NCBI GenBank assembly: GCA_964016885.1
Contig: OZ024740.1
Span: forward strand, 279,620,001 to 279,684,000
Source: Eledone cirrhosa
Lineage: Eukaryota
Direction: 5' to 3'
DNA: 64,000 nt
Positions 56,001 to 64,000 of this stretch are shown here, piece by piece. The translations under genes were made by a program, and so were the position numbers. The notes under the pieces are model-generated. The model searched no databases. It worked only from the letters and a program-made list of their open reading frames with translations, and had not been told where the DNA came from. The number at the start of each line of letters is the position of its first letter. Positions within the stretch are counted from its first letter, which is position 1.

Positions 56001-58513
56001 AAAAAATGTATCCCCCAAATAAAAAATGGATCGCCCAAATAAAAAATGGATCACCCAAATAAAAAATGGATCACCCAAATATAATATGGATCCCCCAAAT
56101 AAAAAATGGATCCCCCAAATAAAAAATTGATCACCCAAATAAAAAATGGATCCCCCAAATAAAAAAGGGATCCATTTTTTATTTGGGTGATCCATTTTTT
56201 ATTTGGGTGATCCATTTTTTATTTGGGGAATCCATTTTTTATTTGGGTGATCCAATTTTTATTTGGGTGATCTATTTTTTATTTGGGGGATCCATTTTTT
56301 ATTTGGGTTATCCATTTTTTATTTGGGTGATCCATTTTTTATTTGGGTGATCCATTTTTTATTTGGGGGATCCATTTTTTATTTGTGTGATCTATTTTTT
56401 ATTTGGGGGATCCATTTTTTATTTGGTGGATCCATTTTTTATTTGGGTGATCCATTTTTTATTTGGGTGATACATTTTTTGTTTGGGTGATCCATTTTTT
56501 ATTTGGGTGATACATTTTTTATTTGGGGGATCCATTTTTTATTTAGGTGATCCACTTTTTATTTGGGTGATCCATTTTTTGTTTGATGGATCCCCCAAAT
56601 AAAAAATGGAACCCCCAAATAAAAAATGGATCCCCCAAATAAAAAATGGATCACCGAAAAAAAAATTGATCCCCCAAATAAAAAATGGATCACCCAAATA
56701 AAAAATGGATCCCCCAAATAAAAAATGGATCACCCAAATAAAAAATGGATCACCCAAATATAAAATGGATCCCCAAAATAAAAAATGGATCCCCTAAATA
56801 AAAAATGGATCCCCTAAATAAAAAATGGATCCACCAAATAAAAAATGGATCCCCCATATAAAAATGGATCGCCCAAATAAAAAATGGATCCTCCAAATAA
56901 AAAATGGATCACCCAAATAAAAAATGGATCCCCCAAATAAAAAATGGATTACCCAAATAAAAAATGGATCACCCAAATAAAAAATGGATCACCCAAATAA
57001 AAAATTGATCCCCCAAATAAAAAATGGATCACCCAAATAAAAAATGGATCACCCAAATAAAAAATGGATCGCCCAAATAAAAAATGGATCACCCAAATAA
57101 AAAATGGATCCCCCAAATAAAAAATGGATCACCTAAATAAAAAATGGATCACCCAAATATAAAATGGATCCCCCCCAAAAATATGATCCCCCAAATAAAA
57201 AATGGATCCCCCAAATAAAAAATCGATCCACCAAATAAAAAATGGATCCCCCAAATAAAAAATGGATCCCCCAAATAAAAAATGGATCACCCAAATAAAA
57301 AATGAATCCCCCAAATAAAAAATGGATCACCCAAATAAAAAATGGATCACCCAAATAAAAAATGGATCACCCAAATAAAAAATGGATCACCCAAATTAAA
57401 TATGGATACCTCAAATAAAAAGGGATCACCCAAATAAAAAATGGATCACCCAAATAAAAAATGAATCCCCCAAATAAAAAATGGATCACCAAATAAAAAA
57501 TGGATCACCCAAATAAAAAATGGATCACCCAAATAAAAAATTGATCCCCCAAATAAAAAATGGATCACCCAAATAAAAAATGGATCACCCAAATAAAAAA
57601 TGGATCCCCCAAATAAAAAATGGATCCACCAAATAAAAAATAGATCACCCAAATAAAAAATGGAACCCCAAATAAAAAATGGATCACCCAAATAAAAAAT
57701 GGATCACCGAAATAAAAAATGGATCCCCCAAATAAAAAATGGATCACCCAAATAAAAAATGGATCCCCCAAATAAAAAATGGATCACCCAAATGAAAAAT
57801 GGATCACCCAAATAAAAAATGGATCCCCCAAATAAAGAATGGATCCCCGAAATAAAAAATGGATCCGCTAAATAAAAAAGGGATCCATTTTTTATCTGGG
57901 TGATCCATTTTTTATTTGGGGGGATCCATTTTTTATTTAGGTGTTCCACTTTTTATTTGGGTGATACATTTTTTGTTTTTATGGATCACCCAAATAAAAA
58001 ATGGAACCCCCAAATAAAAAATGGATCCCCCAAATACAAAATGGATCACCGTAAAAAAAATTGATCCCCCAAATAGAAAATGAATCACCCAAATAAAAAA
58101 TGGATCCCCCAAATAAAAAATGGATCCCCAAAATAAAAAATGGATCCCCCAAATAAAAAATGGATCCCCCAAATAAAAAATGGATCACCCAAATAAAAAA
58201 TGGATCGCCCAAATAAAAAATGGACCCCAAAAATACAAAATGGATCCCCCAAATAAAAAATGGATCCCCCAAATAAAAAATGGATCACCCAAATAAAAAT
58301 GGATCACCCAAACAAAAAATGGATCACCCAAATAAAAACTGGATCCCCCAAATAAAGAATGGAACACCCAAATAAAAAATGGATCCCCCAAATAAAAAAT
58401 GGATCCCCCAAATAAAAAATGGATCCCCCAAATAAAAAATGGATCACCCAAATAAAAAATGGATCGCCCAAATAAAAAACGGATCCCCCCAAATAAAAAA
58501 TGGATCACCCAAA
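50012..58513 (-). repeat. Right arm (~8.5 kb) of giant inverted duplication
   Basis: Reverse complement of 40898-49395 including private variants: GGGTCATCC ~43563 / GGATGACCC ~55848, CCCATATAAAA ~44479 / TTTTATATGGG ~54940, GATCCATAAAAACAAA ~41443 / TTTGTTTTTATGGATC ~57972. Confidence 0.93.
51479..52506. repeat. Second copy of the ~1-kb palindrome (centre ~51992) inside the right giant arm
   Basis: Mirror ORF pairs sum to 103985: 51568..51804+/52181..52417- and 51609..51824+/52161..52376-. Confidence 0.9.
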
Positions 58514-61500
58514 CAAAAACTGGATCACCCAAATAAAAAATGGATCACCCAAATAAAAAATGGATCCCCCAAATAAAAAATGGATCACCCAAATAAAAAA
58601 TGGATCCCCCAAATAAAAAATGGATCTGCCAAATAAAAAATGGATCACACAAATAAAAAATGGATCCCCCAAATAAAAATGGATCCGCCAAATAAAAAAT
58701 GGATCACACAAATAAAAAATGGATCCCCCCCAAAAAATGGATCACCCAACTAAAAAATGGATCACCTAAATAAAAAATGGATCCCCCAAATAAAAAATGG
58801 ATCACCCAAACAAAAACTGGATCACCCAAATAAAAAATGGATCACCCAAATAAAAAATGGATCCCCCAAATAAAAAATGGATCACCCAAATAAAAAATGG
58901 ATCACCCAAATGTAAAATGGATCCCCCAAATAAAAAATGGAACCCCCAAATAAAAAATGGATCCCCCAAATAAAAAATGGATCCAACAAATAAAAAATGG
59001 ATCACCCAAATAAAAAATGGATCACCCAAATAAAAAATGGATCACCCAAATAAAAAATGGATCCCCCAAATAAAAAATGGATCACCCAAATAAAAAATGG
59101 ATACCCCAAATAAAAAATGGATCCACCAAATAAAAAATGGATCACCCAAATAAAAAATGGATCACCCAAATGTAAAATGGATCCCCCAAATAAAAATAGG
59201 GTCCCCCAAATAAAAATAGATCCCCCAAATAAAAAATGGATCCAACAAATAAAAAATGGATCACCAAAATAAAAAATGGGTCACCAAAATAAAAAATGGA
59301 TCTCCCAAATAAAAAATGGATCACCCAAATAAAAAATGGATCACCCAAATAAAAAATGGATCCCCCAAATAAAAAATGGATCACCCAAATCAAAAATGGA
59401 TCACCCAAATAAAAAATGGATCACCCAAATAAAAAATGGATCACCCAAATAAAAAATGTATCACCCAAATAAAAAATGGATCCGCCAAATAAAAAATGGA
59501 TCACCCAAATAAAAAATGGTTCCCCCAAATAAAAAATGGATCTGCCAAATAAAAAATGGATCACAAATAAAAAATGGATCCCCCAAATAAAAATGGATCC
59601 GCCAAATAAAAAATGGATCACACAAATAAAAAATGGATCCCCCAAATAAAAATGGATCACCCAACTAAAAAATGGATCACCTAAATAAAAAATGGATCCC
59701 CAAATAAAAAATGGATCCTCCAAATGTAAAATGGATCCGCCAAATAAAAAATGGAACCCCCAAATAAAAAATGGATCCCCCAAATAAAAAATGGATCCAA
59801 CAAATAAAAAATGGATCACCCAAATGTAAAATGGATCCCCCAAATAAAAAATGGAACCCCCAAATAAAAAATGGATCCCACAAATAAAAAATGGATCCAA
59901 CAAATAAAAAATGGATCACCCAAATAAAAAATGGATCACCCAAATAAAAAATGGATCACCCAAATAAAAAATGGATCCCCCAAATAAAGAATGATCACCC
60001 AAATAAAAAATGGATACCCCAAATAAAAAATGGATCCACCAAATAAAAAATGGATCACCCAAATAAAAAATGGATTACCCAAATGTAAAATGGATCCCCC
60101 AAATAAAAATAGGGTCCCCCAAATAAAAATGGATCCCGCAAATAAAAAATGGATCCAACAAATAAAAAATGAATCACCCAAATAAAAAATGGATCACCCA
60201 AATCAAAAATGGATCTCCCAAATAAAAAATGGATCCCCCAAATAAAAAATGGATCACCCAAATAAAAAATGGATCCCCCAAATAAAAAATGGATCACCCA
60301 AATCAAAAATGGATCACCCAAATAAAAAATGGATCCCCCAAATAAAAAATGGATCACCCAAATAAAAAATGGATCACCCAAATAAAAAATGGATCACCCA
60401 AATAAAAAATTGGATCACCCAAATAAAAAATGGATCCCCCAAATAAAAAATGGATCACACAAATAAAATATGGATCACCCAAATAAAAAATGGATCACCC
60501 AAATAAAAAATGGATCCCCCAAATAAAAAATGGATCACCCAAATAAAAAATGGATCCCCCAAATAAAAAATGGATCACCCAAATAAAAAATGGATCGCCC
60601 AAATAAAAAACGGATCCCCCCAAATAAAAAATGGATCACCCAAACAAAAACTGGATCACCCAAATAAAAAATGGATCGCCCAAATAAAAAACGGATCCCC
60701 CCAAATAAAAAATGGATCACCCAAACAAAAACTGGATCTGCCAAATAAAAAATGGATCACACAAATAAAAAATGGATCCCCCAAATAAAAATGGATCCGC
60801 CAAATAAAAAATGGATCACACAAATAAAAAATGGATCCCCCCCCAAAAAATGGATCACCCAACTAAAAAATGGATCACCTAAATAAAAAATGGATCCCCC
60901 AAATAAAAAATGGATCACCCAAACAAAAACTGGATCACCCAAATAAAAAATGGATCACCCAAATAAAAAATGGATCCCCCAAATAAAAAATGGATCACCC
61001 AAATAAAAAATGGATCACCCAAATGTAAAATGGATCCCCCAAATAAAAAATGGAACCCCCAAATAAAAAATGGATCCCCCAAATAAAAAATGGATCCAAC
61101 AAATAAAAAATGGATCACCCAAATAAAAAATGGATCACCCAAATAAAAAATGGATCACCCAAATAAAAAATGGATCCCCCAAATAAAAAATGGATCACCC
61201 AAATAAAAAATGGATACCCCAAATAAAAAATGAATCCACCAAATAAAAAATGGATCACCCAAATAAAAAATGGATCACCCAAATGTAAAATGGATCCCCC
61301 AAATAAAAATAGGGTCCCCCAAATAAAAATAGATCCCCCAAATAAAAAATGGATCCAACAAATAAAAAATGGATCACCAAAATAAAAAATGGGTCACCAA
61401 AATAAAAAATGGATCTCCCAAATAAAAAATGGATCACCCAAATAAAAAATGGATCACCCAAATAAAAAATGGATCCCCCAAATAAAAAATGGATCACCCA

Positions 61501-64000
61501 AATCAAAAATGGATCACCCAAATAAAAAATGGATCACCCAAATAAAAAATGGATCACCCAAATAAAAAATGTATCACCCAAATAAAAAATGGATCCGCCA
61601 AATAAAAAATGGATCACCCAAATAAAAAATGGTTCCCCCAAATAAAAAATGGATCTGCCAAATAAAAAATGGATCACAAATAAAAAATGGATCCCCCAAA
61701 TAAAAATGGATCCGCCAAATAAAAAATGGATCACACAAATAAAAAATGGATCCCCCAAATAAAAATGGATCACCCAACTAAAAAATGGATCACCTAAATA
61801 AAAAATGGATCCCCAAATAAAAAATGGATCCTCCAAATGTAAAATGGATCCGCCAAATAAAAAATGGAACCCCCAAATAAAAAATGGATCCCCCAAATAA
61901 AAAATGGATCCAACAAATAAAAAATGGATCACCCAAATGTAAAATGGATCCCCCAAATAAAAAATGGAACCCCCAAATAAAAAATGGATCCCACAAATAA
62001 AAAATGGATCCAACAAATAAAAAATGGATCACCCAAATAAAAAATGGATCACCCAAATAAAAAATGGATCACCCAAATAAAAAATGGATCCCCCAAATAA
62101 AGAATGGATCACCCAAATAAAAAATGGATACCCCAAATAAAAAATGGATCCACCAAATAAAAAATGGATCACCCAAATAAAAAATGGATTACCCAAATGT
62201 AAAATGGATCCCCCAAATAAAAATAGGGTCCCCCAAATAAAAATGGATCCCGCAAATAAAAAATGGATCCAACAAATAAAAAATGAATCACCCAAATAAA
62301 AAATGGATCACCCAAATCAAAAATGGATCTCCCAAATAAAAAATGGATCCCCCAAATAAAAAATGGATCACCCAAATAAAAAATGGATCCCCCAAATAAA
62401 AAATGGATCACCCAAATCAAAAATGGATCACCCAAATAAAAAATGGATCCCCCAAATAAAAAATGGATCACCCAAATAAAAAATGGATCACCCAAATAAA
62501 AAATGGATCACCCAAATAAAAAATTGGATCACCCAAATAAAAAATGGATCCCCCAAATAAAAAATGGATCACACAAATAAAATATGGATCACCCAAATAA
62601 AAAATGGATCACCCAAATAAAAAATGGATCCCCCAAATAAAAAATGGATCACCCAAATAAAAAATGGATCCCCCAAATAAAAAATGGATCTGCCAAATAA
62701 AAAATGGATCACACAAATAAAAAATGGATCCCCCAAATAAAAATGGATCCGCCAAATAAAAAATGGATCACACAAATAAAAAATGGATCCCCCAAATAAA
62801 AATGGATCACCCAACTAAAAAATGGATCAGCTAAATAAAAAATGGATCCCCCAAATAAAAAATGGATCACCCAAATAAAAAATGGATCCCCCAAATAAAA
62901 AATGGATCCCCCAAATAAAAAATGGAACCCCAAATAAAAAATGGATCCCCCAAATAAAAAATGGATCCCCCAAATAAAAAATGGATCCAACAAATAAAAA
63001 ATGGATCACCCAAATAAAAAATGGATCCCCCAAATAAAAAATGGATCACCCAAACAAAAACTGGATCACCCAAATAAAAAATGGATCACCCAAATAAAAA
63101 ATGGATCCCCCAAATAAAAAATGGATCACCCAAATAAAAAATGGATCACCCAAATGTAAAATGGATCCCCCAAATAAAAAATGGAACCCCCAAATAAAAA
63201 ATAGATCCCCCAAATAAAAAATGGATCCAACAAATAAAAAATGGATCACCCAAATAAAAAATGGATCACCCAAATAAAAAATGGATCACCCAAATAAAAA
63301 ATGGATCACCCAAATAAAAAATGGATCCCCCAAATAAAAAATGGATCACCCAAATAAAAAATGGATACCCCAAATAAAAAATGGATCCACCAAATAAAAA
63401 ATGGATCACCCAAATAAAAAATGGATCACCCAAATGTAAAATGGATCACCCAAATGTAAAATGGACCCCCCAAATAAAAATAGGTTCCCCCAAATAAAAA
63501 TAGATCCCCCAAATAAAAAATGGATCCAACAAATAAAAAATGGATCACCAAAATAAAAAATGGGTCACCAAAATAAAAAATGGATCTCCCAAATAAAAAA
63601 TGGATCACCCAAATAAAAAATGGATCACCCAAATAAAAAATGGATCCCCCAAATAAAAAATGTATCACCCAAATAAAAAATGGATCCCCCAAATAAAAAA
63701 TGGATCACCCAAATAAAAAATGGTTCCCCCAAATAAAAAATGTATCTGCCAAATAAAAAATGGATCACACAAATAAAAAATGGATCCCCCAAATAAAAAT
63801 GGATCCGCCAAATAAAAAATGGATCACACAAATAAAAAATGGATCCCCCAAATAAAAATGGATCACCCAACTAAAAAATGGATCACCTAAATAAAAAATG
63901 GATCCCCAAATAAAAAATGGATCCCCCAAATAAAAAATGGATCCGCCAAATAAAAAATGGATCACACAAATAAAAAATGGATCCCCCAAATAAAAATGGA
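57985..64000 (-). repeat. Unidirectional (A-rich on +) satellite domain; from ~58513 a distinct subfamily with a ~2.1-kb higher-order repeat (~2.6 copies)
   Basis: No orientation switch in 6 kb. ORF offsets are 2113-2114 (58802/60915, 59142/61255, 59421/61534, 60055/62169) and 2131 (60915/63046). Characteristic variants are AAATGTAAAA, CCAACTAAAA, AAATCAAAAA, GGATCTGCC and AATAGGGTCCCC. Confidence 0.92.

Larger units (their letters stand above)
1..57984. repeat. Inversion-rich satellite domain with alternating T-rich (forward) and A-rich (reverse) blocks
   Basis: Manual walk gives about 66 reverse-orientation blocks in this span, e.g. 1024-1297, 1557-1716, 2314-2515, 2793-3633, 4991-5048, 19721-20201, 44934-45595 and 56590-57883, interleaved with forward blocks. 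Confidence 0.97.
1..64000. repeat. Tandem satellite array, 20-bp monomer GATCCATTTTTTATTTGGGK (K=G/T), ~3,200 copies, runs off both window ends
   Basis: Every line consists of the 20-mer or its reverse complement MCCCAAATAAAAAATGGATC, with scattered substitutions and 19/21-bp length variants. No non-repeat insertion was seen. Confidence 0.99.

Noticed and set aside
1-57984. Inversions as whole-genome-amplification chimeras or concatemers of ligated BamHI/Sau3AI fragments
   Set aside because: Random chimeras or ligation would give diverse or perfectly symmetric junctions and far more frequent flips. Here junction types are few, asymmetric and inherited within diverged HOR copies. An artefact is disfavoured but not formally excluded without raw reads.
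1-57984. Site-specific recombinase (shufflon-like) invertible segments or rho-independent terminators at the hairpins
   Set aside because: No recombinase or any gene lies in the window. Homologous blocks keep the same relative orientation across HOR copies rather than flipping independently, and there are no transcription units to terminate.
40898-58513. Foldback transposon, MITE or viral inverted terminal repeats
   Set aside because: There is no transposase, target-site duplication, defined terminus or unique internal sequence. The arms and spacer are made of the same satellite as the surroundings.
93-63989. Hundreds of 60-167 aa ORFs with repeats such as GDPFFIWVIHFLFGGSIFYL, superficially like hydrophobic membrane peptides
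   Set aside because: They are translations of three 20-bp monomers (60 nt = 20 aa) cycling through frames. They overlap in all frames and on both strands, mostly start at TTG/GTG, and end wherever a GGGTGA monomer falls in frame. Frequent 19/21-bp variants shift frame freely, so there is no sign of coding constraint.
1-64000. CRISPR array or other repeat-spacer system
   Set aside because: Monomers abut directly with no unique spacers; variation is limited to 1-4 bases. No leader or cas gene is present.
1-64000. Telomeric repeat (T-rich/G-rich strand, occasional TTTAGGG, resemblance to T4G4)
   Set aside because: Telomerase products are unidirectional and lack kb-scale HORs. TTTAGGG occurs only as an isolated monomer variant, and I do not recognise the 20-mer as a known telomere repeat.
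1-64000. G-quadruplex array from G3-G5 runs
   Set aside because: G-runs are separated by ~15-17 nt, well beyond canonical 1-7 nt loops, and hairpin pairing with neighbouring inverted blocks would compete. This is weak support without experiments.
1-64000. GGGT monomers arising from GGGC by methyl-CpG deamination
   Set aside because: The reciprocal-strand product (GGGCAATCC) was not noticed and GGGC monomers are rare, so the G/T dimorphism is not explained this way.
1-64000. Assignment to a named satellite family, organism or centromere
   Set aside because: I do not recognise the monomer. A Dfam/Repbase/nt search and CENH3 data would be needed.

Overview
The whole 64-kb window is one non-coding tandem satellite of about 3,200 copies of a 20-bp monomer, GATCCATTTTTTATTTGGG(T/G). 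There is no unique sequence, gene, RNA gene, transposon or CRISPR array. All listed ORFs are read-throughs of the repeat. The architecture is the unusual part. (i) From 1 to ~58 kb the array flips orientation roughly 130 times by manual count, in blocks of ~60-1,350 bp. It always pivots at the monomer's GATC position and uses only two stereotyped junction families. (ii) These inversion cassettes are amplified in higher-order repeats (~1.6, 2.1, 3.5, 4.0, 4.2, 6.4 and 10.4 kb offsets). (iii) Palindromes are nested at several scales: 32-bp perfect palindromes, an old diverged ~0.7-kb mirror, a ~1-kb near-perfect palindrome and a ~17.6-kb inverted duplication with 8.5-kb arms. (iv) The last ~6 kb is a unidirectional subfamily with its own variants. 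The organism and function cannot be determined from the sequence; eukaryotic (peri)centromeric or heterochromatic satellite is only an inference. Coordinates were read by eye and from ORF-track offsets and are accurate to about one monomer.
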